Sequence record: DRR378314_685
DNA length: 64,000 nucleotides
Strand: one strand, 5' to 3'
Every line of letters starts with the position of its first letter. The first letter of the stretch is position 1. A program made the translations under genes and the position numbers. This document shows, one piece after another, positions 48,830 to 57,665 of this stretch. Below the pieces are notes generated by a model that saw nothing but the letters and a program-made list of their open reading frames with translations, had not been told where the DNA came from and did not search any database.

Positions 48830-49545
48830 CTGCCTGCGGCCTGTAGCGTGGCACCATGAACCCGCAACCAGTTGCGGTGTGTCTTCCAGTCTACGCAACA
48901 GGTGGAAACGTGGGCCCAAAAGCGGGGCGAGTGATTCATTTCCAGCAAGTGCGCGCACTCATGAGCCGCGACATAGTCAAGGACAGCTGGCGGCGCCATG
49001 ATGAGCCGCCACGAGAAGGACAGTTTTCCATCTGCGGTGCACGATCCCCAACGTGAGCGCGTGTCTTTCACTGATATCTCGCTATAGGTCACGTTCAGGC
49101 GGGCGGCATGGCGTTTTACGGCGCGGGTGATGTCTGCGCGGGCCTGCTTCTTCAGGTATCTCGTCGTGCGTAAATGCAATGTATCGGGGTCGCCCGGGGC
49201 GCATAGCGTATTCGGATCGCCGGGAACCAGGCGCGCGACGCGGCCGTCCCCAATGGCGGTCAGACGACAAGGCGCGCCGCGATAGGAAATCACGCTGCCT
49301 TCCTCGAAACTGACTGCATCCGGCAAGTGCCGCAACCGGCTGTGAATCCAGTCAACGCGTTCAGCCGCAAAGGCTGCCGCGTCCTTGATCTGACGGCGTG
49401 AAGGCGCAACAGCGACCGCTTCCCTGCGGCGTTCATCCAGCCGAAGGATCAAGCGCCGCGCTTTCGAGTTCACTTCGAGGCGAACGCGGATCTCGTCCCC
49501 GTCCGGTCCACTCAGTGTCACGGTCTGGCCATTGTTGTATGGCAT
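48826..49545 (-). CDS. YgjP/DUF45-type Zn metalloprotease domain protein
   Basis: SRWGSC, YVAAHECAHL.EMNHS.RFW. Confidence 0.9.
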   Translation of the reverse strand: MPYNNGQTVTLSGPDGDEIRVRLEVNSKARRLILRLDERRREAVAVAPSRRQIKDAAAFAAERVDWIHSRLRHLPDAVSFEEGSVISYRGAPCRLTAIGDGRVARLVPGDPNTLCAPGDPDTLHLRTTRYLKKQARADITRAVKRHAARLNVTYSEISVKDTRSRWGSCTADGKLSFSWRLIMAPPAVLDYVAAHECAHLLEMNHSPRFWAHVSTCCVDWKTHRNWLRVHGATLQAAGS

Positions 49546-49614
49546 GTTAATAATCTCATATTAGGTGACGGGCGCACTCGATACGCTGGCATCAACTATT
49601 TTAAGGGACCAAAC

Positions 49615-51234
49615 ATGAAATATCTGCTCACAGGCGTTGCCGCCATCGCCATGCTTACGGCTTGCGGGGACAATGACAAGCCAGATGATGGTGCAAGCTC
49701 AGAATATGCTGTGCAAGACATCACAGCGCGCGCGGGTGACCCGGCAACTGCACCGCAGGCATTGGCCGCTTTCGCGCTGGATGGGTCCGATTCGACGCGT
49801 CTCACATTCGCGGGTAGCGACATCAAGGGCGACAAGGCCGTATTCACGGATGTGACGCTTTTGTCGGCCGATGATGACGACGATTCAGACGAGGACGGCA
49901 TCGATCTTGATGGCACCGTCGTAAAGGCGAAGAAGCTTGAGCTTGATGGCCTCGCAATGGTCGACGGGAAAGCAAGCTTCTCGAAGATGGTCATGAGCGA
50001 CATTTCGCTCGTTCCGACAGACCCGGAAGAGGCCGAAGAGGGAAGCGCAACGATTGGCTCGATCCAACTTGTAAATCCTTCACCTGAACTGGCAGCCTGG
50101 GTCGCGAGCGCATTCAGTGATGCCGATCATGGTGACCTGCCGACCGGCGACGCCCTGTCGTTCGACCTCTGGTCAGTTGGCGATGTTAACATGCAGATCA
50201 ATGAAGAAGACGGCGAGACCGGTACCTTCCTGATCGATGCCATTTCCGTCAGTGGCCTGAAAGACCGCAAGGCAGCGGGGATGTCCCTCAAGAACATGAA
50301 GTTTGACATGTTCGACCCGTCTGAAGACACGACCGTGAAAGCGAATATCGGTGATGTCAGCGTCGAAGGCTTCGACTTTGCGGTATTTGCACCGGAAGAA
50401 GGCGAAAGCCTAGAGGACAGTTTTGAGTCAGGCTTCATGTCTGGACTGAATGCTCAGGACCCTGCGAATCCAGGCTACAAGTCCATCAGCATGAAGGACC
50501 TCAACTTCGATGTATCCGGCGTCAATTTCGATATGCCGTCTCTCGTTTCCAAAGTGAGCCACGACAAACAGGGCCGCGCGGTGAAGGTCGTGACCGAACC
50601 GGTGAAGATGGTGCTGAATGCAGGCGATGGCGAACTTGGCCAACAACTGGGTACGCAACTTGCGACGCTCGGCTATGAAAAGCTGGAGCTGACCATGGCG
50701 AGCGAGCAGTCTTACGATCCGGATGCTGACATTGTGACCTTGGCCAAGGGTAAGAACTACTGGGAGCTCAAAGATGGCTTCCGCCTCGATTTTGGTGCCA
50801 AGTATGAAGGCGCCAGCGCAATGGCAGCTGCGCAGGCAGAGCAGGGTGACGCATCTGCAGACCCATCTGCCATGATGGATGCTGTCATGGAGAAGCTGAC
50901 GATCCATTCGCTTGACCTGGCGCTGGACGATAATGGCATCGTGGATCGTGCCTTCAACGCATACGCGGCCCAGAGCGGCGAAGACCCGCAGCAATTGCGC
51001 AATCAGACTGCTGGTATGTTGGCCATGGCTCCGATGATGGCTGCTGGATCCGGTATCGATCCGGAATTGGTGACAGAAGCTGCAACAGCTCTGTCCAGCT
51101 TCATCACCGATCCGAAAACCTTGACGCTATCGTTGAACCCGGCTGCGCCGCTGAAAGTATCAACGCTGGCAGACATGGAAGATCCGTCTGGTCTGACCAA
51201 GTCGGCGCTCGGTTTCTCGGCCTCCAACGAATAG
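49615..51234 (+). CDS. Hypothetical acidic lipoprotein
   Basis: Lipobox LTAC; strongly biased codon usage; own terminator. Confidence 0.8.
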   Translation: MKYLLTGVAAIAMLTACGDNDKPDDGASSEYAVQDITARAGDPATAPQALAAFALDGSDSTRLTFAGSDIKGDKAVFTDVTLLSADDDDDSDEDGIDLDGTVVKAKKLELDGLAMVDGKASFSKMVMSDISLVPTDPEEAEEGSATIGSIQLVNPSPELAAWVASAFSDADHGDLPTGDALSFDLWSVGDVNMQINEEDGETGTFLIDAISVSGLKDRKAAGMSLKNMKFDMFDPSEDTTVKANIGDVSVEGFDFAVFAPEEGESLEDSFESGFMSGLNAQDPANPGYKSISMKDLNFDVSGVNFDMPSLVSKVSHDKQGRAVKVVTEPVKMVLNAGDGELGQQLGTQLATLGYEKLELTMASEQSYDPDADIVTLAKGKNYWELKDGFRLDFGAKYEGASAMAAAQAEQGDASADPSAMMDAVMEKLTIHSLDLALDDNGIVDRAFNAYAAQSGEDPQQLRNQTAGMLAMAPMMAAGSGIDPELVTEAATALSSFITDPKTLTLSLNPAAPLKVSTLADMEDPSGLTKSALGFSASNE

Positions 51235-51259
51235 GTCGCCGAGCAAATCAGACATATTG

Positions 51260-51296
51260 GCGCGTGCATCCCGTGTGGGTGCACGCGCTTTTCTTT
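51260..51296 (+). terminator. Rho-independent terminator
   Basis: GCGCGTGCATCC / GGGTGCACGCGC stem followed by TTTTCTTT. Confidence 0.8.
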
Positions 51297-51326
51297 GCGT
51301 GCTAGTCGAGGCATAGACTAGCTGTC

Positions 51327-52148
51327 ATGAAACTGGCTTTTTTTGGAGATGTGGTCGGAAAGCCCGGCCGGCAGGCCGTGTTGGACCATCTACCGGGTCT
51401 GAAAGCGCGTCTGCGTCTGGATTTTGTTGTCGTGAATGCAGAAAATTCCGCAGGCGGCTTCGGGTTGACCAGCGCAATTGCGGAGGAGTTCTTCGCGGCT
51501 GGTGCGGACTGTCTGACGCTGGGGGACCATGCCTGGGACCAGCGCGAGGCGCTCACTTATATTGAACGCGAACCTCGTCTGCTGCGCCCACTGAATTATC
51601 CGCCGGCTGCCAAGGCGCCCGGTAAGGGCGCAAACCTGTTCAGCCTGCCCGATGGCCGCCGCGTGGGCGTGATCCAGGTTCAGGGTAACGTGTTCATGAA
51701 ACAGGTGTTGAGCAATCCGTTCTCCGCGGTGGATGAAGCGCTCGATTCGATGCCGCTTGGCGCTGTGGCTGATGCGGTGATTGTGGATATGCATTGCGAG
51801 GCGACCAGTGAGAAAATGGCGATGGGCCATTACTGTGACGGTCGGGCCAGTCTGGTTGTTGGCAGTCATACGCACGTGCCAACCGCCGATACGATGATCC
51901 TTGAAGCGGGTACGGCCTATCAGACAGATGCTGGCATGTGCGGTGACTATGATAGTGTGATCGGGATGCAGAAGCAGATCTCGCTCTATCGCTTCGAAAC
52001 CCAGCTTCCCGGCGAACGCTATCAACCGGCCCTGGGCGAAGGTACACTCTGCGGAACCTATGTTGAGACAGATGATGCGACCGGGCTTGCGACCCGTATC
52101 GAAGCCATTCGCGTCGGCGGAAGGCTCAGCGATGCGGTGCCTTTCTGA
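51327..52148 (+). CDS. YmdB/TIGR00282 family metallophosphoesterase
   Basis: FGDVVGKPGR, NAENSAGGFG, DMHCEATSEK, GSHTHVPTAD, TDAGMCG. Confidence 0.93.
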   Translation: MKLAFFGDVVGKPGRQAVLDHLPGLKARLRLDFVVVNAENSAGGFGLTSAIAEEFFAAGADCLTLGDHAWDQREALTYIEREPRLLRPLNYPPAAKAPGKGANLFSLPDGRRVGVIQVQGNVFMKQVLSNPFSAVDEALDSMPLGAVADAVIVDMHCEATSEKMAMGHYCDGRASLVVGSHTHVPTADTMILEAGTAYQTDAGMCGDYDSVIGMQKQISLYRFETQLPGERYQPALGEGTLCGTYVETDDATGLATRIEAIRVGGRLSDAVPF

Positions 52149-52165
52149 CCTCTCCTGAAACTGAA

Positions 52166-52193
52166 GCGCCCCGAGACCTCGGTCTCAGGGCGT
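52166..52193. terminator. Hairpin between convergent genes
   Basis: GCGCCCCGAGAC...GTCTCAGGGCGT. Confidence 0.55.
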
Positions 52194-52206
52194 TCGTGGA
52201 ACCGAG

Positions 52207-52845
52207 TTATTTCCCCGGCTGCGCAGTGTAGCGGAGATAGGGTTTCACCGCCTTGTAACCTGACGGGAAAAGCCGATCGATCTCGTCAGGATCTGTCAGC
52301 GATGGCACGATGATCACATCATCTCCGTTCTGCCAGTTCACAGGAGTCGCAACCTTGTGATTGTCGGTGAGTTGAAGGCTGTCGATGAGACGCAGGATTT
52401 CGTCAAAGTTCCGCCCGGCACTGGGCGGGTAAATGATGGACGCGCGAATTTTCTTGTTCGGATCGATGACATACACAGCGCGCACGGTGACTTTCGCGTC
52501 CGCACTTGGATGGATCATGTTGTAGAGGGTTGCCACGCTCCGGTCTGGATCGGCGATGATCGGGAATTCCACGGTTGTGTCTTGGGTTTCCTCAATGTCA
52601 GAGATCCAATTCTTGTGGTCCTCCAGACTGTCGACGGAGATCACCAGTGCTTTTGCGCCGCGCCTTGCAAACTCGTCCTTGAGTTTAGCTGTATAGCCGA
52701 GCTCCGTGGTGCAGACAGGTGTGAAATCGGCCGGGTGAGAGAAGAAGACCACCCAGTCTTCGCCAATCCATTCGTGAAACCGAATGCGGCCTTCTGTCGT
52801 GTCGGCTTCAAAGTCCGGGGCAACGTCGCCAATCAGAAGGCTCAT
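52207..52845 (-). CDS. 1-Cys peroxiredoxin (Prx6 type)
   Basis: FSHPADFTPVCTTE, GRNFDEILR, ATPVNW. Confidence 0.95.
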   Translation of the reverse strand: MSLLIGDVAPDFEADTTEGRIRFHEWIGEDWVVFFSHPADFTPVCTTELGYTAKLKDEFARRGAKALVISVDSLEDHKNWISDIEETQDTTVEFPIIADPDRSVATLYNMIHPSADAKVTVRAVYVIDPNKKIRASIIYPPSAGRNFDEILRLIDSLQLTDNHKVATPVNWQNGDDVIIVPSLTDPDEIDRLFPSGYKAVKPYLRYTAQPGK

Positions 52846-52971
52846 ATTACCATACTCCTGTCTCTTGATTTCTGACAGGAAAGTGGTGCCTAAGAAGAAG
52901 CAAACCAATGCGCAGCATCTCAAGCTGTCGATAAGTTTTTCTAATGCCCGGTCAGGGAAGAAGGAATTTGA

Positions 52972-53502
52972 ATGAAACGTCTCATTCTCATGCGTCATGC
53001 CAAGACCGAACCCTGGGCAGAAGGCATTGACGATTTTAGCCGGGCGTTGACCGAGCGTGGGAAAGAAGATGCAAAGCGCATGGCCGAGGAACTTGTTGCC
53101 ACCGGCTGGAGCCCCGAACGCATTCTCGTATCAACTGCGCGTCGGGCGCGGGAGACCTGTTCTGAAGTGGCGAAGATTGTGGAGGGCGAGAAGGTACGCC
53201 CGATGGAAAACCTCTATCTCACCGGCGTTCGCGGTCTGACCGAGGCCATCTGCCACAATGACGGGGCAGGTACCCTGATGGTGATTGGGCATAATCCGGG
53301 ACTGCATGATTTCGCCATGGAGATTTTGCGCGAAGCCGGGAGCCAGGATCATCAGGAATCTGTCAGGCTGATCGAGAAATTTCCGACTAGTTGCTGCGCT
53401 CTCTTCGAGAGTGAACAGGACGGGGCCTTTCTGCCGGTCCATTTCAAACTGACTCAAATTCTGCGTGCGAAGGACCTTCGCGAGGCTGATGCGTCACTCT
53501 GA
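52972..53502 (+). CDS. sixA: SixA-like histidine phosphatase
   Basis: MRHAK, STARRARET, IGHNPG, FPT. Confidence 0.85.
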   Translation: MKRLILMRHAKTEPWAEGIDDFSRALTERGKEDAKRMAEELVATGWSPERILVSTARRARETCSEVAKIVEGEKVRPMENLYLTGVRGLTEAICHNDGAGTLMVIGHNPGLHDFAMEILREAGSQDHQESVRLIEKFPTSCCALFESEQDGAFLPVHFKLTQILRAKDLREADASL

Positions 53503-53504
53503 CG

Positions 53505-53532
53505 AAAAAAGCCCTGCCGGTGAAGGCAGGGC
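53505..53532 (-). terminator. Rho-independent terminator of the urcA-family gene
   Basis: GCCCTGCC / GGCAGGGC stem with A6 on + (U6 on -). Confidence 0.8.
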
Positions 53533-53591
53533 GGAGATCCTGGTCGGTCAGGCGGTTTGGAGAGGCTGAGACCCTGCCGACCGGATCAGTG

Positions 53592-53897
53592 CTAGTTTGA
53601 TTGGTAGTGCACGTTGGTGAACGTGTCGTGGTCCACGTAAGCGACGACCTTCTTCATCATTTTACGTTCGCATTGGCGCACAGCCAGCGCTTTTCCGAAA
53701 TTGTAAGCGACGTGTTCTGAAGTACACCGAGCGTTCACTTCGTCGCGGATACGGTCGTACTCTTCCTGGGCACCGACAACCGTTTCCAGTTGCGTACGGT
53801 TCACGTCGATTTCCATCTTGAATTCATCTGACGCGGCAAAGGCTGGCGCGGTGGCGACGGAAGCGGCGACGGCAAGAGCGGTGAAAATGCGGATCAT
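53592..53897 (-). CDS. UrcA-family periplasmic protein
   Basis: Signal peptide ending AFA; L.T..GAQ..YDRI......C...C pattern; 101 aa. Confidence 0.65.
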   Translation of the reverse strand: MIRIFTALAVAASVATAPAFAASDEFKMEIDVNRTQLETVVGAQEEYDRIRDEVNARCTSEHVAYNFGKALAVRQCERKMMKKVVAYVDHDTFTNVHYQSN

Positions 53898-53995
53898 GGC
53901 AGTATTCCTTTCGAATTTCGGTGAGATAATCAGGGCAGGGTGGCTGGCGCCGCATCGATCAGGGGATTGGGGGATGCGGCGCCAGCAGGACAGGC

Positions 53996-54178
53996 TTAGC
54001 GGGCTTCGCGGCGGGCGAAGCGACGGCGGCGGCGGACCAGAAGGTTCTGACGACCCTCCGCTGTGACATCATTGGCCGGCCGGGTCCGGTGAGTTGCCTC
54101 TCCGGTCATGATGGAGAGGGCCATCATGCTTTCGGTGGCTGGTGCGGCGATGTCGCTCTGACGGGCGCGGGGGATCAT
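53996..54178 (-). CDS. Small basic hypothetical protein (60 aa)
   Basis: AAGGA RBS; upstream promoter; RRRRRFARREAR tail. Confidence 0.5.
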   Translation of the reverse strand: MIPRARQSDIAAPATESMMALSIMTGEATHRTRPANDVTAEGRQNLLVRRRRRFARREAR

Positions 54179-54244
54179 GATTTTCAATTCCTTCTAGCTT
54201 TCTGTTGATGTCCTTGGCGAGACCATCCCGCCGCCGACACCCTC

Positions 54245-54290
54245 TATCTAGGTCAGAAATTATCGAAAATCAATAAGTTTTTATCGAAAA
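54245..54290 (-). promoter_or_regulatory. Sigma70-like promoter TTGATT-N17-TAGATA with two TTATCGAAAA operator-like boxes
   Basis: -35 at 54273-54268, -10 at 54250-54245; boxes at 54260 and 54281. Confidence 0.55.
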
Positions 54291-54452
54291 ATAATAAATG
54301 CCAACAAATTCAAGGCACTGTTGTTTGCCGAATATCGATATGGTTGCGCGTTTTTCAAGTCAAGCGATGCCGAATAAACTGGAGAAGAATTCATGCAATG
54401 CATTGTAGCGCTGAATCGATGCGACAAGCGGAACCCGTTCCGTTCGCATGGA

Positions 54453-55991
54453 TCAGGCATGGCCACCCAAATCGAAGCTGAGCTGAACCGACTTGGCAGG
54501 TAAGGCGTGGATACGTCCAGACTTCGACATGCCCGCCCTGCGCGCCATATTCGGCCGTGCCGGAACACCAAATGGCAACGCATGCGAACTTTGCTCAGGG
54601 AACAGGTGACGGCGAGCCGCCCTGGCCGCAGCCATATGATCAACCATTCTCATCGGATAGGATTGGCCCAGGACAATGCCCTTCTCGGCGAGCAGACTTT
54701 TTGGGGCATCCCAAGGCGAGTGGATCAGCGCGTCCGGCAGGTCAGCGATTTCAGGTATCCATTTTCGAATGAAGGTGCCCTCAGGATCGCGCATCTGGGA
54801 GTGTCGTACCGGATTCGGAATTTGCCCGACGGGGTGTGAGCTGATGCCGACAACTTTCCGTGCGTTTCCATAGAACAGGGCCCCGTCAAAATCGGTGGAG
54901 AGCCGCGCCAGATGCTGGGCAGGCGCAGTCGGATCCAGCCAGAGATGGCACGTCGCGAATGACAGAAGCAGGCTGCGCAACCCTGATTCGAGGCGTCCGG
55001 TGGCCTGAAGGCAGCGCATGCTGGCATCAAGAAGTGGGAAACCTGTGCGGCCACTGGCCCAGGCAGCCAGGCGGGGATCTGCCGCGCCGACCATTTCACG
55101 TTTGAAAATATCATTTGGAAGACCGGCATTCTCAACCTGCTCATGACGTGGTTTGGCGGTCAGCAGGCGAGACCTATGTTCCAGATTCTCAACAAATGCG
55201 TCGAGCGAGGCGGCAAACGTCTCATCCCCATCGGATAGAAGGGCACCTTTGGCACGCATCGCCGCCTGCCAGACCTCGCGATCCGATAATGTGCCCCAGT
55301 TCAGGTAGGGGGACAGGCCGGAGGCTGATGATTCCCGGTCCGTAACAGAGAGATTGCGTTTGGAGGCCGGCCGTCCGCGACCTGCCAGATATTGGCGCAG
55401 CTGAAGCACACCATTGGTGCGGCCTCCAGTCTTGCGGCCTGCACATGCGTCGTCATCCAATCCGTAATCTGATGCGACCGGCCAGTCTTCCGACACCATA
55501 TCCGGCGTGTCCAAGTTTTCCGGTGCATTGAGACGTGGCTGGCGCATGTAGTGCCGGAAAGCGGTTTCCGACTCTCCCGGAGTTATTGGCATCGCACGCC
55601 TTACGGCCTGCTCGCGCAATGGGATTCCGGCTTTCATGGCCCAGCTGCGGACGTGCTGAACGCGTTCCGTCTCTTCCGGATCGTGACTTGCCGCATGGAA
55701 GTGGAGGGAGGCGATCCCGTACTGGGTGTGAATTTGCGACAGGACTTCGGCTGCGTTGCCGGATCTCAGGCACAACTTGCTTCCGCGTTTGCGCAGGGCA
55801 CCGTCGAGATCTGCAAGGGATTCCAGAAGAAAGTCGAATTGGCGGCCGGATGTGTCTGGGCGATGCCAATGCCGGGTGTCAAAAATGTAGAGGGGCAGGA
55901 CCTGCCCGCCTGATGCGCAGGCGGCCACAAGGGCTGCGTGATCATGCACCCGCAAGTCTCGTCTGAACCAGATGACATGTAAATCGTTCAT
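54453..55991 (-). CDS. Photolyase/cryptochrome-fold protein, degenerate
   Basis: WFRRDLRVHDH.AL, SGLSPYL.WG, GRTGFPLLDASMR, DPEG.FIRKWIPE. Confidence 0.88.
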   Translation of the reverse strand: MNDLHVIWFRRDLRVHDHAALVAACASGGQVLPLYIFDTRHWHRPDTSGRQFDFLLESLADLDGALRKRGSKLCLRSGNAAEVLSQIHTQYGIASLHFHAASHDPEETERVQHVRSWAMKAGIPLREQAVRRAMPITPGESETAFRHYMRQPRLNAPENLDTPDMVSEDWPVASDYGLDDDACAGRKTGGRTNGVLQLRQYLAGRGRPASKRNLSVTDRESSASGLSPYLNWGTLSDREVWQAAMRAKGALLSDGDETFAASLDAFVENLEHRSRLLTAKPRHEQVENAGLPNDIFKREMVGAADPRLAAWASGRTGFPLLDASMRCLQATGRLESGLRSLLLSFATCHLWLDPTAPAQHLARLSTDFDGALFYGNARKVVGISSHPVGQIPNPVRHSQMRDPEGTFIRKWIPEIADLPDALIHSPWDAPKSLLAEKGIVLGQSYPMRMVDHMAAARAARRHLFPEQSSHALPFGVPARPNMARRAGMSKSGRIHALPAKSVQLSFDLGGHA

Positions 55992-55992
55992 G

Positions 55993-56007
55993 GAACAAAT
56001 ATAGAAC
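55993..56007 (-). promoter_or_regulatory. Alphaproteobacterial LexA (SOS) box GTTC-N7-GTTC
   Basis: Perfect GAACaaatataGAAC on +; overlaps predicted -10; 1 nt from the ATG. Confidence 0.88.
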
Positions 56008-56120
56008 ATTGTTCCTCTTTGTCCAATCTTTTCGGCGCATGCGCTAATTCATTGCGAAACCGAAACAAATTCAACTTCTGGTTTCTTGCGGGTCAATGGT
56101 AAAGTTCGTCTTTACCATTT

Positions 56121-57554
56121 ATGGGAGCTGAGGGAGTTACTGCGCGGGATCGTTTCCCGCTGCATCTGTTTGATAATCTTGCTGAACCGAAGCCCGACCC
56201 GCGATTGGCGGAGGATGCGGCCGAGGCCTTCCCAGCAAGATTTCTTGGCATGTCTGCCAAGACCGGTATGGCTACTGATCAGGCCAAACTGCTTCGACAT
56301 TTGCTGGCAGTGTCCGGAGTCTGCGGACTTTGTGCGCCTGGTTGGTTGCTATCGATTTTTGGAGCCGTGGGGATTGGCGTATTCGCGTTGGTGATTCTGT
56401 ATCGGCTCGGCCTGGTCCTGTTCGGCCCGAGTTCCGTTCATCTCCTGACCAATCCCGCATCGCTGTCGCTGCTCCTGCCGACCTACACGATCCTGATTGC
56501 TCTCAAGGACGAGGCGGCATGCATGCCGCAATTGGCAAACAGTCTGATGTCGTTGGAATATCCCCGGCGCCTGCTGGATGTGAAGCTTCTTTTGGAGGAG
56601 GGGGATCATGATACGAAAAACGCGATCCATGAGCAGATATGGCCCGAGGGAACTGAGCTTTTGGTGCTGCCGCCCGGTCAGCCGCAGACGAAACCGCGTG
56701 CGCTGAACTACGGCCTGGCGCGGGCCAGGGGAGCATTTGTCACGGTCTATGATGCGGAGGATCGTCCGAACCCCGGTCAGCTGATGGAGGCGGCCCGCCG
56801 GTTCGCCTGGGACCCGCAGCTTGCTTGTGTGCAGGCGCCACTATCGGGCAATGTGCGTGGCGGCGGCTGGTTGTCGCGCCATTGGGCGCTGGAATACGCA
56901 ATCCAATTCAACCGCATGATGCCGGCGCTGGCCCGGTTGCGTATGCCGATCCCACTTGGCGGAACCAGCAATCATTTTCGCAAGGCGGCACTTCAGGCGG
57001 TTGGCGGCTGGGACGCCTGGAATGTGACCGAAGACGCCGATCTCGGACTGCGTTTCGCAAGATTGGGGAAGAAGGTTGATGTTATTGCGCCGCCGACTGT
57101 CGAAACCCCACCTCAACAGCTCGATGTATGGGTCGGTCAGCGATCCCGCTGGTTGAAGGGGTTCATCCAGACCTGGTTCGTTCTGATGCGGTATCCATCC
57201 ACGGCCATAAAGGAGATGGGCGTTCTGGGGTTCATCTCGATGCAATTGACCCTCGGCGCATCGATCTTGTCGGCACTTGTCCATCTGCCTTGGCTTGTCT
57301 GGTGCGCGGTTTGCCTCTTGGTGCCGGACGCAAGTATAGGTTCGGTCAGCTTGGGCTTGTTGGCAGCGTCCTATGCTGTTGGCGTGATTGCGGCGCTGAC
57401 TGTACCGACGTCGTCTTTTGCGGTCCGGCTGCGGGATATCCTGACTATCCCTTTTTATTGGCCTCTTCAGTTCTTCGCTATGATGCGCGCGCTTTACAGC
57501 CTGTCGCGGCGACCGCATTTCTGGGTGAAGACGCCACACGATATGGACGCCTGA
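56121..57554 (+). CDS. Membrane-bound processive-type glycosyltransferase family 2
   Basis: TKPRALN, YDAED, GGTSNHFR, VTEDADLG, QRSRWLKG, W.KT.H; start uncertain. Confidence 0.9.
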   Translation: MGAEGVTARDRFPLHLFDNLAEPKPDPRLAEDAAEAFPARFLGMSAKTGMATDQAKLLRHLLAVSGVCGLCAPGWLLSIFGAVGIGVFALVILYRLGLVLFGPSSVHLLTNPASLSLLLPTYTILIALKDEAACMPQLANSLMSLEYPRRLLDVKLLLEEGDHDTKNAIHEQIWPEGTELLVLPPGQPQTKPRALNYGLARARGAFVTVYDAEDRPNPGQLMEAARRFAWDPQLACVQAPLSGNVRGGGWLSRHWALEYAIQFNRMMPALARLRMPIPLGGTSNHFRKAALQAVGGWDAWNVTEDADLGLRFARLGKKVDVIAPPTVETPPQQLDVWVGQRSRWLKGFIQTWFVLMRYPSTAIKEMGVLGFISMQLTLGASILSALVHLPWLVWCAVCLLVPDASIGSVSLGLLAASYAVGVIAALTVPTSSFAVRLRDILTIPFYWPLQFFAMMRALYSLSRRPHFWVKTPHDMDA

Positions 57555-57665
57555 CGGAGCCGGGGACAGCGCCCCCACATTTTCTAACGCAAGGTCAATG
57601 CTTGGCGGTCCTTCGGCTTGGGCATACAGTCGATGCACGATCTGTTGCCCCCAGAGGAGTCCGAT

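Noticed and set aside
52931-52945. OxyR-like ATAA-N7-TAAT upstream of the peroxiredoxin
   Set aside because: Context is plausible, but only one degenerate half of the expected four-element site is visible; too weak to call
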